From positions 4,007-68,006 of the IMG/VR virus record IMGVR_UViG_3300031673_000026: a stretch of DNA of 64,000 nucleotides, one strand, 5' to 3'. The notes below the pieces were generated by a model. It had not been told where the DNA came from, made no database searches, and saw nothing but the letters and a program-made list of their open reading frames with translations. Origin of the DNA: a virus. Below, piece by piece: positions 40,708 through 51,920 of the stretch. Both the position numbers and the translations under genes were made by a program. Position 1 is the stretch's first letter, and each line of letters begins with the position of its first letter.

Positions 40708-41747
40708 GGAGAATTAAGCCAAGTGATTCGTTCCGGGTGAATTCGATAAAAGGGCAGTTTGATCTCAGTCTGGATGAGGTGGAAGAAAGGTTTACCGGAG
40801 ATATTGACATAGACGGTGCGGATTGGAATATTGGCCTTATATATGGAGCGAGCGGAACCGGAAAAACCACAATAGCAACGGAATTGTTTGGGGAGGGGTG
40901 CGTGTCTGAGTACGAATACAAGGAAAAGTCCATAATAGATGATATGCCGAAAAGCGTATCAACCGAGGACATAAGCAAATCTTTCAATTCTGTGGGCTTT
41001 TCGACTGTGTGGAGTTGGCTGAAGCCATACAGCGTCCTCTCAACCGGGGAAAAAATGAGGGTTAATTTATCCCGCGCTCTACTCAGCGATGCCGCCCTGA
41101 TTGTTTTCGATGAATTCACAAGCGTTGTGAATCGTGAGGTGGCGAAGGCCGGGAGTTACGCCATATCCAAAGCAATAAGGAAACAAAAAAAGAAATTCAT
41201 CGCCGTTTCCTGTCATGATGACATCGTTGAGTGGTTAGGGCCGGACTGGACCCTATGCACGGACAATATGGAATTTTCAAGGAGGTCGGTTCGGCGACCT
41301 GAAATCAAGCTCGACATCTACCCGTCCGCCTACCGAAGATGGGCAACTTATAGGAAGTATCATTATATGAGCGAAAAACTGAATAAAGCGGCAAGGTGCT
41401 ATGTGGCGAAAATAGGTAAGGTGGCGGTGGCGTTTGCTGCGGTGCTGCATTTGCCACACTGGAAAAGCAAAAATTTAAAGCGGCTCCACCGGATGGTGGT
41501 GTTGCCCGATTACCAGGGATTGGGGATCGGGCATAAGTTCAATACTTTTTTGGCGGGGCATTACAAAGGGCTTGGATTTAGGTATGTGTTCACGTCTTCG
41601 AGCAAAGCGATGTTGAATTCAATAATCGGGGACAGAAACTGGGTGGTCAGGTCTAAGAAAAGGGGAATGGCCGGTGCGGTAAGCACTGTGGTAATAAATA
41701 AAACGGCATCGAAAAGGTACACCTTTTCTTATGAGTACGTTGGTTAG
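40686..41747 (+). CDS. ABC-type ATPase fused to GNAT acetyltransferase
   Basis: GASGTGKTT, LSTGE signature, VFDEFTS, SCH; C-terminal RMVVLPDYQGLGIG acetyl-CoA motif. Confidence 0.85.
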   Translation: MPNFNIVRRIKPSDSFRVNSIKGQFDLSLDEVEERFTGDIDIDGADWNIGLIYGASGTGKTTIATELFGEGCVSEYEYKEKSIIDDMPKSVSTEDISKSFNSVGFSTVWSWLKPYSVLSTGEKMRVNLSRALLSDAALIVFDEFTSVVNREVAKAGSYAISKAIRKQKKKFIAVSCHDDIVEWLGPDWTLCTDNMEFSRRSVRRPEIKLDIYPSAYRRWATYRKYHYMSEKLNKAARCYVAKIGKVAVAFAAVLHLPHWKSKNLKRLHRMVVLPDYQGLGIGHKFNTFLAGHYKGLGFRYVFTSSSKAMLNSIIGDRNWVVRSKKRGMAGAVSTVVINKTASKRYTFSYEYVG

Positions 41748-41751
41748 TGTG

Positions 41752-42294
41752 ATGGCGACAAAGAAAAAAGCGGTTGAGGAAAAACAGAAAGCTGGAAAGC
41801 ATACGAAATATAATGATGACTTCCCACTCCTCGCCGAACACTATGCCAGGCAGGACCTTAACGATGTTCAGATAGCGGAGAAGCTGGGGATTAAGAAAAC
41901 TTCACTGTACCTATACCAAAGAAAGTACCCGGAATTTGCGGCGGCATTAAAGAGGGGAAAGGCCCCGGTGGACGCTGAAATCGTTAATGCGTTTTTCAAG
42001 AGGGCCAAGGGATACAAGTATACAGAGAAAAAAATAATTCGGCTTACGACTCCGGGTGAAATCAAGAAAGCGAAAGAAGCCGGACTAGAAGTAAAGGGTA
42101 TTGTCATAAGGGTAGAGGAAACCGTTAAGGAGGTCGCACCGGATGTGTATGCCGGATGGAAACTGTTGTGTAACCGAATGCCGGGGTGGTTCCGCGATAA
42201 GGTCGAGCTGGAGCATAAAATTGAGAAAGAAACCCTCGCCGCTCTACTCCAGAGGGACCCGTTCGAGAATAAGGAGGATGGTAAAGATGAGTAA
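41752..42294 (+). CDS. terS: terminase small subunit
   Basis: HTH (QIAEKLGI..TSLY), YPEF..ALKRGK, KRAKGY, PDV.A...L.NR. Confidence 0.8.
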   Translation: MATKKKAVEEKQKAGKHTKYNDDFPLLAEHYARQDLNDVQIAEKLGIKKTSLYLYQRKYPEFAAALKRGKAPVDAEIVNAFFKRAKGYKYTEKKIIRLTTPGEIKKAKEAGLEVKGIVIRVEETVKEVAPDVYAGWKLLCNRMPGWFRDKVELEHKIEKETLAALLQRDPFENKEDGKDE

Positions 42295-42489
42295 TGATGA
42301 AGGAAGAAAGAAGCGGTGTGACAATGAGTTGTATAAGTTTGAGGCAGGCGAAGAGCAACGCGATAAGATCATAGCCAATGAAAAGAAGTGGATGAAGCGA
42401 AATATCCCGCCGTATATGGCGAAGGTTTCCGGCAAATTCGTTGATGCAGGCCCCGGACCATTCTGGCTAAAAAACAGGGATTAAGTGAT

Positions 42490-43416
42490 ATGAAAGCGAT
42501 TACAGAACACGAAGCTGAATATAGTTTTGCCGGTATTGATTTTGCCGATGGTGAAGCGAAGACAGTGTTTTGTATAATCTCCCGCATAAAGGAGGGGGCC
42601 ATGAAAATAAATGAAGCTGGCGTCAAAGCTATAAGCCAACTGAAAGCAATCGCGGTACATGCGAGGCCAGAGGATATAGACAAGTATTGCTTCCCGCTAA
42701 ACTTAGCGATGAGAAAATTCGGCATTGATACCCCGTTAAGAAAGGCCCATTTCCTTGCACAGGTGATTCATGAAAGCGGGCACTTCCGGTATGTCGAAGA
42801 AAATCTTAATTATAGCGCAGGGGCTCTTCGCATGGTATTTCGGAAGTATTTTCCTGTGGATGCGATGGCGGAGAAATATGCCGGGCAACCGGAAGCAATC
42901 GCTAACAGGGTGTACGCGAACCGGATGGAGAACGGGGATGAGAGGAGTGGTGATGGCTGGAGGTATAGGGGGCGGGGATTGATACAGTTGACCGGGAGGA
43001 GGAACTATCGAAGGTGCGGCAATGGTATAGGCGCTAATTTAGAAGATTACCCGGACGTGGTCGCAGAGAACACGTTTTATGCGGTCACAGCGTCAGCCTG
43101 GTATTGGAGAGATAATAACCTGAACTGGTTCGCCGACAAGGACGATATCGAGGAGGTAACCAGGGCTATAAATGGCGGGCTTAATGGGTTACGGGGCAGG
43201 CATGTACTGTTGGAAAAGGCAAAGAAAGTAATCGTAGAAGAGCAAAGGGAAATAATACGGGAGATGTTAGGCGCCGTGGGCAATATAGGTATAACTGTCG
43301 AAGATTTAGAAAAAAAGCAACGGGAGCTAAACACGGAATGGAACAAGGTGCGTGGGTATGAGGAAAGCGCAACGATGAGGATGGGAAAAGCGGCGCAAGG
43401 ATGGCGGAAAGCATGA
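42490..43416 (+). CDS. GH19 chitinase-like endolysin (alternative start 42601)
   Basis: AHFLAQ..HESG, EENLNYS, YRGRGLIQLTGR.NY, TRAINGG.NG. Confidence 0.9.
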   Translation: MKAITEHEAEYSFAGIDFADGEAKTVFCIISRIKEGAMKINEAGVKAISQLKAIAVHARPEDIDKYCFPLNLAMRKFGIDTPLRKAHFLAQVIHESGHFRYVEENLNYSAGALRMVFRKYFPVDAMAEKYAGQPEAIANRVYANRMENGDERSGDGWRYRGRGLIQLTGRRNYRRCGNGIGANLEDYPDVVAENTFYAVTASAWYWRDNNLNWFADKDDIEEVTRAINGGLNGLRGRHVLLEKAKKVIVEEQREIIREMLGAVGNIGITVEDLEKKQRELNTEWNKVRGYEESATMRMGKAAQGWRKA

Positions 43417-43691
43417 GGGGCGATGGGCGGCTCGCTAATGGTGGAGATTTTTTTATTTGCAAGAGCCAAGAAAGCAATCATAGAGGAGTAAGAGGAAACA
43501 AAATGAAAACATATGAACAGCAAAAAGAAGAGAACGCGGCGGAAATAATGCGGCAAATGAGCGGTGAGTACGTGCAATTTGAATACGTTACCGAGGATAC
43601 GAGAAAGAAGAAACGGGAACTCGATGCCTTGTGGGAAGCGATACAAAGGCATAGGGAAAGGAATGGCCTTGTTTAGCAGTGTCAATGGCGT

Positions 43692-45119
43692 ATGAACCTC
43701 TCCGATGAAGAACAAAAGAATCTGTTCGCAAATCGACACCGTTACCGGACGCACCGGGACGGCATTATCATGTTTGCCCGGGAAGTCATGCAGTGCAACC
43801 CGGACAGGCAGCAACGAAAGGCATTAAGGGCATACCGAAAAACCGGTAGAATCGCGGTAAAATCAGGGCACGGGACCGGAAAGACCGTGTTTCTTGTAAT
43901 CCTTCTTTTTCATCACCTGTTTTGCTACACCAATTCAATGATAATACCGACCGCGCCTACGGAGAGGCAAATTTACGGGGTGCTATGGAGAGAAGCGAAA
44001 CGGTGGATGGTTAAATCGCCTATCCTGGAGAGCCTGTTTGCGTGGACCAAGACCACCATCCACGCACGCGACCCGCTGTACGCGGATATATGGATTGCAG
44101 AGGGGGCCGTTTCATCAAACCCGGATAGTTTGCCCGGTCGGCATGAAAAGAACATGCTTTTCCTCCTGGATGAGGCTCCTTCGATTAAAGAGGCGGCCTT
44201 TCCTATCATCATGGGGGCAATCACGCAACCGGGGAATAAGGTCGCCATGGTTGGCAACCCTACCAAGATAACCGGGTTCTTCCGCAGCGTATTCATGAAG
44301 CCGCAGGGGTGGGAAACGATGACGTTTTCATGCCTGGAATCAGACCAAGTGGACCCGTCCTATGCTGTGTCCATGGCCGCCCGCTTTGGTGTTGATTCCA
44401 ATATCTACCGGGTCCGCGTCCTGGGGCAGTTCCCCACCGGCGAAGATAATACGATATTGCCGTTCGATCTGGTTGAGGGTGCGCAAAACCGTATCGAAAG
44501 CGGTATGACTGACAATCTGCGATGGGGCGGCATGGACGTTGCCAATACCGGGAAAAACAAAACCGTGATATACGCACGGCACGGATACCAGATTAAGGGC
44601 TCTCTGGAATTGGACTGTGCAAGCTCTGACGACGATGTGACGGCAATGAACATTAACGCTGCTATCCGTATGATAAGAAAATACGATCTCGAGGGTATCA
44701 ATATCGATAAGGGCGGCTATGGGAAAGCGATATTCGATGGCGTACGGTCGGCAGTGGCGCGATTGAGGATAGACTGCCAGGTGATAGGGGTCGATAACGG
44801 TGGGGCGGCGAACGATAGCGGTATATACTATAACGCGGGAACCGAGATGTATTTCAATCTCCAGCAATTCCTCAAGGATGCGGTCATCCCGGATAACGAG
44901 GACCTTTTCCTTGGCCTGGTATGCCGGAAGTACGAAGAGAAAGATGGTAAGCTGTGGATGATCGGCAAGAAAGCCATGATGGAAGCGGCAAAGAAAGAAG
45001 ATGTCCCGACGTTCAAGTACCTGGATTATGCTGATGCCCTGGCGCTGTGCTGCTGGGTTATGGGGAGGGAAGTAATTAAGCAGAAAATTAAAGTTATCCA
45101 GAGCCGGAGCGATTGGTGA
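43692..45119 (+). CDS. terL: terminase large subunit
   Basis: SGHGTGKT, TAPT..Q, LLDEA, GNPT, GMDVA, D.ADAL. Confidence 0.92.
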   Translation: MNLSDEEQKNLFANRHRYRTHRDGIIMFAREVMQCNPDRQQRKALRAYRKTGRIAVKSGHGTGKTVFLVILLFHHLFCYTNSMIIPTAPTERQIYGVLWREAKRWMVKSPILESLFAWTKTTIHARDPLYADIWIAEGAVSSNPDSLPGRHEKNMLFLLDEAPSIKEAAFPIIMGAITQPGNKVAMVGNPTKITGFFRSVFMKPQGWETMTFSCLESDQVDPSYAVSMAARFGVDSNIYRVRVLGQFPTGEDNTILPFDLVEGAQNRIESGMTDNLRWGGMDVANTGKNKTVIYARHGYQIKGSLELDCASSDDDVTAMNINAAIRMIRKYDLEGINIDKGGYGKAIFDGVRSAVARLRIDCQVIGVDNGGAANDSGIYYNAGTEMYFNLQQFLKDAVIPDNEDLFLGLVCRKYEEKDGKLWMIGKKAMMEAAKKEDVPTFKYLDYADALALCCWVMGREVIKQKIKVIQSRSDW

Positions 45120-45338
45120 CAAAATGATTGAGAAAGTTGACAAAACAGGGAGAAGGAAGCATAATAGTGGTATGAATAAAGCATGTAAAATCACAAGATG
45201 GTATCTGTGGCATTTCTGGATAAATGCCAGGGTGTCGTTATGGTCTATAGTATATTTCGTATCCCACCTGCTACATGCGATTGTACCAATCAAGTATACG
45301 TCGCATGAGTGGTGGGAAGCAAGAAAGGAGCGAAAGAA

Positions 45339-46021
45339 TGGGAGATAATAAAGGATTGACGGTTGTAGAAAAATACATTTCAGGCTTAAGCAAAGATAGC
45401 GTAGAATACCTGGGAAGGCAAATTGAGAGGAGGTCGCTCGCTCATTGGGCGCAGGGTTACTTGATGCGACCTAAATGGCTTGTAGATAAAATCGAAGCGG
45501 CGAAACGCCAGACGCAAATTGATCGCATCGCAAAAAGTAATGAAGAGTTAGAGGTGGAGTCTAGAAAAGAGCCATTGCCCGAAAATATCGTGCAACTAAT
45601 ACCCCGCATGAAAGAAAACAAAGGGCATATTGAAAGGGTTATCGAGTATATAAGGGGGCGAGTTAGTGCATGTAGCGGTTTTTCTCTAAAAAAAATAACG
45701 CTTACGTGCCAGCGGGAAGAGACCCCGTACAATTGCATTGGTAGGGGGCCGGGCGGGCGTGGAGTGTATTGGCATGAACCGGACTACAAGCTTCAGTGTT
45801 TTATTCATTTCAACGTTGAGGGCCGCTCATTCGGCGGGGATGGGGAGGACGGCGATTGGTTTTGTTTGTCGTTTACCCAATCCCATAACTGGTATGCCGA
45901 TATCACATTTGGGAGCCCGAAGGAGGCGTTGAAGTGCATGTTTAGTAGGCTAAACCCGGATGCGAAAGGGGCTTTCTTGGAATTGGCTGGAGTTGGTGGT
46001 GTGGATGAGATTGACATGTAA
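45339..46021 (+). CDS. hypothetical moron protein
   Basis: ORF between TerL and portal. Confidence 0.5.
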
Positions 46022-46030
46022 GGAGGGAAA

Positions 46031-46732
46031 ATGAAAATATATTTATTCGCCACGACTTCGCTATTCATCATGTTCTTAGTTACGGTGATAAGTTATAAGC
46101 GGATGCGGCGCAACGATATCTCTGTCAAGGCTACATTGCTCGAGTATCAAAATACAATAGTTATAGCGTCAATTACAGCGGCCTGCGCCTCCGTGTTCTT
46201 CTCTTCGGTATGGCTGGTTGCGAATATACAGTATAGCCCGGATGTCAATATGGCCAAGCTGGAAGAACAATTCTATAGCGGGGTGGCGAGCAAAGTAGCA
46301 AAGCAAAAGAAAATATTATCCGCCCTGAACATCGAACTTAAATCATCCAGAAGTGAATATGCGAATCTTAAAAAATGGAATAAGGACCTGGAAAAACAAC
46401 ACCGGGAACTATTGGCGAAAGTGGAAAAACCTACAAAAGATACCGTCACCCTAAAAGAACAATGGGAAGGATGCGAGGAGCTACCTACATTATACATTAC
46501 CAAGATAAAATATTATACTTTCAGCAGTCATGAGTGCTGGAGATTTTATGTTAAAAAAGTTGAGCATGGTTATATCGGCGTCTGGTGGAATACCCAGAAT
46601 AGAAAAATAACTGATTATTATGAGCTTAGAACCGGGCGCATTCTAAATAAGGATTATTATAGCGATAGTGACTATCATGAGGAGTTGCTTTTCCTATTCA
46701 GCGCCCCTATGAAAAATGTATACGATAAATAA
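46031..46732 (+). CDS. membrane protein (two TMs + coiled coil)
   Basis: Hydrophobic segments; AGGAGG RBS. Confidence 0.55.
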   Translation: MKIYLFATTSLFIMFLVTVISYKRMRRNDISVKATLLEYQNTIVIASITAACASVFFSSVWLVANIQYSPDVNMAKLEEQFYSGVASKVAKQKKILSALNIELKSSRSEYANLKKWNKDLEKQHRELLAKVEKPTKDTVTLKEQWEGCEELPTLYITKIKYYTFSSHECWRFYVKKVEHGYIGVWWNTQNRKITDYYELRTGRILNKDYYSDSDYHEELLFLFSAPMKNVYDK

Positions 46733-47228
46733 GTGAGCTAAAGAATGATCACTAAAACTATCCACGAACGCATACAACGCGCCATACTTAGACGCAAGCT
46801 CCCCGGTAGGTTCTACAGCCTAAGATTGTTTTTCTCCGGCCTGCGGTACTTCTGGAATACATGCGGGGCCTATAGGCTGGACTTCGGTCGGGCGACTTCA
46901 TTCTGGCATACGATTAGATGGTTTTGCGTTCTGTTAGGAAAACCAAAACGGAGCAAAAAATGAAACATGTTGCCGGTCCGGCAAAGGGTAGCCGTGAATA
47001 TATATACGACAGAATTAGATGTTATGTCCCCGATGAAATACTAGATAGCACCAATATAAAAGAAAGTCCAATCGATATACTCGAGTCGATACATTGGCGA
47101 TTAAGTCACGGCTATGAAGCAATGGCGGTGCTGAATCCATTTTTTAGCGGTGGGCCCATATGTCGATAGATATGATAAAGTTGAAATAATGCCGAATCTA
47201 TGCGATAATCCCGCAGAGGTATAAAAAC

Positions 47229-48569
47229 ATGAAAGATAATAACGATAACATCGACCTTATGCAAGTCAAGGAGATGTACGGAAAGGAATTCGCGGAGCTA
47301 ACCGAACGGGTAAGTCTGGCAGAGGCAGCGGTTGCGGCAGCAAAGAAACCGAAACCCGGAGAGGTAAAGGTCGCACGGGACTATGAAAATTGGGAAGATG
47401 ATCTTAATTCCAACCTGGGTGAGGGGCAGGATAAGGTTGATGCGATTAAGGCAATGGACGTGGGGGATATCAGGCTATCAGGCATCACAAGTGACAGGAT
47501 ACTTGCGATAACCGGCACCAAGCGACAAATTGTGGGGGAAGGCGCCGAAGCGGACGCGACACGGGAAATGTTCGGAAGGTTCAATAATTTTTCTGATATC
47601 CTCACGCAGGTAATAACACCGGCATTGAAGGGCGGAGCAGGCCATATAGAGCAGGTATGGGGCCTGGTAGATGGGAAATTTATATACGAAAATTTAATCC
47701 CCCGGTCCCCGGCAAAATTTAAATTTGATAAAGATAATAATACCTTACTCGTTACTGAGGATAACAGTGATGGGGCGAAGGTTGCCGATAATAAATTTCA
47801 GACACTAACTTACCGGTCCGAATTCGGAAACAAGTACGGCTTTGGGCTGTACGAGCAGGTGTACAAAATGTACGCTATGAAAAAGATTGTTTTCCCGTTC
47901 TGGGGTCAGGCGTGCGAGAAGAAATCAACCGGGGTAACGACCGTCGGGCTACCAGAAGGTGGTGTTAGTTCCGAAAACATGGGATTGCTCGAAGCGTTCA
48001 TCAAAGGAACTCGCGTCAATACAGGGGTTATACTCCCTTTCGGGATGACCGTCGATATCAAGCATATGACCGGAGACTTTTCAAGGGACTTTGAAATGTT
48101 TATTTCCGCTATTGATAAGGCATACGCCATCTTGATTTTAGGGCAAACACTCACTTCCGACATTGGAAACGTAGGCTCTAAGGCGGCCGCGACTGTTCAC
48201 AATAAGGTAAGACAGGACATACTAGCCGCGGACACCCTTTGGGTAGAAAACTATATCAACGATGGACTTATCATGCCTTACATTAATTTTAATTTTCCGA
48301 ACGTCAAGGAATATCCTAAGTGGCGGCTATCCGCGGAAGAAGGCGAAGACCTCGAAGCCCTGGCCAAGGTCCTGGATATCCTCACGAAATTGGGATTCAA
48401 GACGGTTCCCACTGAGTGGATACACGAAAAGTTTTCGATCCCTATCCCGGCAGACGGTTCGCCTGTTCTGGAATTACCCGGGGCGGGGGCCGCGCAGCCT
48501 GGAGAAAGTGGTACGAATCTGTGGGAAAACAGGGCGAAGTGGGTTAAGGCGCTTTATGAGATTGTTTAA
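47229..48569 (+). CDS. portal protein, DUF935/Mu gp29 family
   Basis: AILILGQTLTSD..GS.AAATVHNKVRQDI. Confidence 0.9.
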   Translation: MKDNNDNIDLMQVKEMYGKEFAELTERVSLAEAAVAAAKKPKPGEVKVARDYENWEDDLNSNLGEGQDKVDAIKAMDVGDIRLSGITSDRILAITGTKRQIVGEGAEADATREMFGRFNNFSDILTQVITPALKGGAGHIEQVWGLVDGKFIYENLIPRSPAKFKFDKDNNTLLVTEDNSDGAKVADNKFQTLTYRSEFGNKYGFGLYEQVYKMYAMKKIVFPFWGQACEKKSTGVTTVGLPEGGVSSENMGLLEAFIKGTRVNTGVILPFGMTVDIKHMTGDFSRDFEMFISAIDKAYAILILGQTLTSDIGNVGSKAAATVHNKVRQDILAADTLWVENYINDGLIMPYINFNFPNVKEYPKWRLSAEEGEDLEALAKVLDILTKLGFKTVPTEWIHEKFSIPIPADGSPVLELPGAGAAQPGESGTNLWENRAKWVKALYEIV

Positions 48570-49095
48570 GGAGGAAAGAAATGGTCACACATTTAATTTG
48601 GATTTTAGTTTGCCTGGCATACGGGTTTGTGAGTTACCGCTTAGGTAGGCTAAGGAGCTACCGCGAAATGAGTGCGGATATAGGCAAGGCCACAGAAGCG
48701 GTGAGAGGTCTGTTTGATAATGGTGGTGAAATAAAGAAATGAAATATTTAAGCGGGAGTTGGACCGCCACTTAAAATAAGGAGAAAAGATGAAAAATTAT
48801 CAAGAGCTAAGGGACATAGTCGAGGCGGCAGGCAAGATTGGCTATGCGGTTAGGTGCCGCTGTTGTGAATACGCCGGCAGTGCAGGCTCGTATATAACGA
48901 GTTCCCTTGACAAAGATTCGGGGGATATGGAAGTGTGGCTTAACTGCCCCAAATGCAATCATGGCAGCGTAGAAATAGCCGAAGACATTGGGTTGAGTAG
49001 CACGGAAATACTTGATTTGCAAAGCGGGAAAAAGAATATGGGTTTCGACTTTAGCAGGCTTGAGGCGTTCACTGAGAAATGCCAGGGAGAAAACA

Positions 49096-49674
49096 ATGTA
49101 CACAATAAATTATGAAGGTGACGTCGATGAAGAAATGGTGGTTTTCTTTGTGAAGGAACTGAATTCGGCGACCGGTGATGAGGACATGACGATATACCTG
49201 TCCTCCGATGGTGGTACCATGGCGTGCGCGGAAGTAATAATCGATGTGATAAGCAGGGCCGCAGTCAATAGGAACGTAACACTAGTCGCCAATTGGTCGG
49301 TGTCAAGTTGCGGCGCCTTGATATTCTTAGAAAGCATATGCAATAAATGCGTACTGCCGTCAGCGCACGGGGTACTTCACGAATTGTCAAGCTATGACAA
49401 CTCATTGATGATGAAGAGAGAAGACCCGCTACACGTAGGTCTTGAAAAAAGTCATGCGAAGTTACAAGAAAGTAAGATGAAACTATTCCGAATTATCGGA
49501 CTAAGCGAAAAGGAATTATCCGATATCAAGAAAGGCAAGGATATTTATTTTGATGCCGAAAGGTTGCGGGAATTTGTCGCTAACGTCGAAGCTGCCCGGG
49601 CCGAAAATTTAAAAGATTTACAAAAAGGTCTTATCGATCATTTCAGTGGGGAAACGGACGGTGACAGAAAATGA
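49096..49674 (+). CDS. ClpP-like serine protease
   Basis: IYLSSDGG, VSSCGA (Ser), VLHE (His), DIYFDA. Confidence 0.65.
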   Translation: MYTINYEGDVDEEMVVFFVKELNSATGDEDMTIYLSSDGGTMACAEVIIDVISRAAVNRNVTLVANWSVSSCGALIFLESICNKCVLPSAHGVLHELSSYDNSLMMKREDPLHVGLEKSHAKLQESKMKLFRIIGLSEKELSDIKKGKDIYFDAERLREFVANVEAARAENLKDLQKGLIDHFSGETDGDRK

Positions 49675-50198
49675 AAGCAATAGGATGGCGTGGCGATATC
49701 GACGCGGAAGCGTTGGGATTTTTTATAGATCAACTTAACGATACGGAGCCGGAGGAATCGGTATGCATATATATCGATTCGTCTGGCGGGCAGCCGGACT
49801 GTAGCGATGCGATTATCGATGTTATAGACCGATTCTCTGAGGACAGAAATTTGACACTTGCTGCCTACTGGGAAATATCGAGTGCCGCGTTTCAGATATT
49901 CATGAAGAGTAGGTGCGAAAAGGTGGTCCTCCCGGGCGCCCATGCGATAGTCCATAAGACAACACACCGAAATAACACACTGATGATGGACCGTGGCGAC
50001 CCTTTGCACGTAGGCGTCGCATGCCAAAACGAAATGTTGCAGGTTGAAAAGTTGTCCTGGTTCTCTTCGATTGAGCTAACTGAAAGCGAAATGAGTGTAA
50101 TAAAAAATAACGGAGACGTGTACCTCAATGCTAAAAGGTTGCGGGAAATCGTTAACAACATCGATACCGGTAAGCTCACCAACCAAAACAATAAATGA
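49671..50198 (+). CDS. ClpP-like serine protease (tandem paralogue)
   Basis: IYIDSSGG, ISSAAF, IVHK, DVYLNA; shares DPLHVG with the previous gene. Confidence 0.65.
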   Translation: MKAIGWRGDIDAEALGFFIDQLNDTEPEESVCIYIDSSGGQPDCSDAIIDVIDRFSEDRNLTLAAYWEISSAAFQIFMKSRCEKVVLPGAHAIVHKTTHRNNTLMMDRGDPLHVGVACQNEMLQVEKLSWFSSIELTESEMSVIKNNGDVYLNAKRLREIVNNIDTGKLTNQNNK

Positions 50199-51907
50199 CC
50201 ATCGAACAAATAATCATTAAGTCTATCGAAATAGCCCGCGAGAAAATATACGCGAAACAGGTACTTGTCTGGATTAAGGAAATCCAGGAGATGAAAACTT
50301 TCATGTCACCGGTCAAGATATCGGAGATGAACCACTCCCTTGCTGTGCTGCTAGAAAAATCAATGATGTTAGCCTATGCGCTGGGGACCTTTGAGGAGAC
50401 AGAAGTTATTAATCGGCAAATCGAACCGCAGCTAAAGGATTATATATCGAAAGAAGTCTGGCAAACGATAGGTTACGATGAGGCGTTGCAGTTCCTGAAC
50501 AGCAAGAAGATCATATCGCCGCAGGCCTTTAAAGAGGCGTCCGCACAAATCAAGGCGATAGCGTTCTCGGTACAGCATATCGAAACACAAAACGCATTAC
50601 TTGCAACGAAAATCCACCTGAAAGATACTATCGACCAGGGGCTTTCGCTGTCCGATTTTAAGAAGACGATGGGCGGTGTATACACGAAATACGGTATCAC
50701 CCCGTTGAGTGACCGCCATATCGAGACGGTATTTCGCACCAACATTCAAAGTACCTACAACCAGGCCCATTGGGATACCGCGCAAGGTAGCAAATATGTG
50801 GTAATGCTGGAGTTCCTGGGTATAGAAGACGATAGACAATCGGATATTTGCGCGCCGTTTAACGGATTTATTGCCCTAAAGACAGACCCAATTTGGAACA
50901 CCATCCGGCCGGTGAACCATTACCAATGTAGGACCGGGATAGGGTCGATAACTAAGGCGCGGGCGGACCGGGAGGGGCTAAAGCCTTCGCCGCGTCCATC
51001 AAAAGACGATATCGGCAGGATACATGGAGATTTCAATAGTATGCCCCGGACGTTGAAGGGGCAGAGGGTCAGGATCGATAGGCTTTATGAAAGAAAGGTA
51101 AAGGCGAACGGGGCATTGGCAAGAGAAATCTTAAACCCGAATGATGTGGTTGTTGAGAGGATGAAAAAGAACCTCGGTATTGAAACCGTAGATGTGAGAA
51201 GGATAAAGGACGCCAGAATACTAAGTGATGTAGAAGCTCAGCTAAACAAGTTGATATTAGACGACAAGTACAAGCGAAAATTAAAATCGCTAACCGAACG
51301 AGTCAACGGCGCGTTGATGTGGGGCGGCAACGGCAAGATAAAACTAAACCCCAACATGCTCGGAGACTACGACGATGTTATCCAGAGAATATATGATAGT
51401 GTAAAGCGGGGGTGGTCGCCGGGCGGGGTAAGTAGTGCGGATGGGATAAAATCCGTTATATCGCACGAATTTGCACACCACCTAACCCTCACGGAGATAA
51501 ATAGCGGCACTGGGCTATTTAATGATTTCAGGAAGATTCAAAGCGCGTATAAAGACAAGCTTTCAAGGTTGCTAAATAACAAGGCGGCTAAAAATAGGGC
51601 TATAAAAAAAGAAATAAGCGATACCGTCAATAGAATAAATGCAAAAATAAAGGCCGGCGACATAACGAAAAAGAACGGGAATATGGTAATCGAATCCAGG
51701 GTCAATCAGTTACAGGCAAAGATCGATGCGATAAATAAAGCATACCGTGAAGAAAAGGCAAAAATATACGTAAGCGACTATGCCAGAACGAATCTCAACG
51801 AATTCGTCGCGGAATCGTTTCGGATGTATAAGCACTCCAATAGCCCATCGCCTTACGCGACGCAGGTGGGGAAGCTTATCGATAAAAAATACAAGACAGG
51901 GGGATAA
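50195..51907 (+). CDS. MuF (gp30/SPP1 gp7-like) head protein with C-terminal HExxH metallopeptidase-like domain
   Basis: ETVFRTN..STY, P.HYQCR; C-terminal SHEFAH and VSDYA.TN..EFVAESF. Confidence 0.85.
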   Translation: MTIEQIIIKSIEIAREKIYAKQVLVWIKEIQEMKTFMSPVKISEMNHSLAVLLEKSMMLAYALGTFEETEVINRQIEPQLKDYISKEVWQTIGYDEALQFLNSKKIISPQAFKEASAQIKAIAFSVQHIETQNALLATKIHLKDTIDQGLSLSDFKKTMGGVYTKYGITPLSDRHIETVFRTNIQSTYNQAHWDTAQGSKYVVMLEFLGIEDDRQSDICAPFNGFIALKTDPIWNTIRPVNHYQCRTGIGSITKARADREGLKPSPRPSKDDIGRIHGDFNSMPRTLKGQRVRIDRLYERKVKANGALAREILNPNDVVVERMKKNLGIETVDVRRIKDARILSDVEAQLNKLILDDKYKRKLKSLTERVNGALMWGGNGKIKLNPNMLGDYDDVIQRIYDSVKRGWSPGGVSSADGIKSVISHEFAHHLTLTEINSGTGLFNDFRKIQSAYKDKLSRLLNNKAAKNRAIKKEISDTVNRINAKIKAGDITKKNGNMVIESRVNQLQAKIDAINKAYREEKAKIYVSDYARTNLNEFVAESFRMYKHSNSPSPYATQVGKLIDKKYKTGG

Positions 51908-51920
51908 GGTGACAGTATAT

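Noticed and set aside
44340-45293. Long antisense ORFs (also 43077-43814, 55030-55650, 62774-63667)
   Set aside because: Shadows of well-supported plus-strand genes.
48570-48790. Apparent structured intergenic RNA after the portal gene
   Set aside because: Explained by a 53-aa membrane-peptide ORF (48581-48742) with an AGGAGG RBS.
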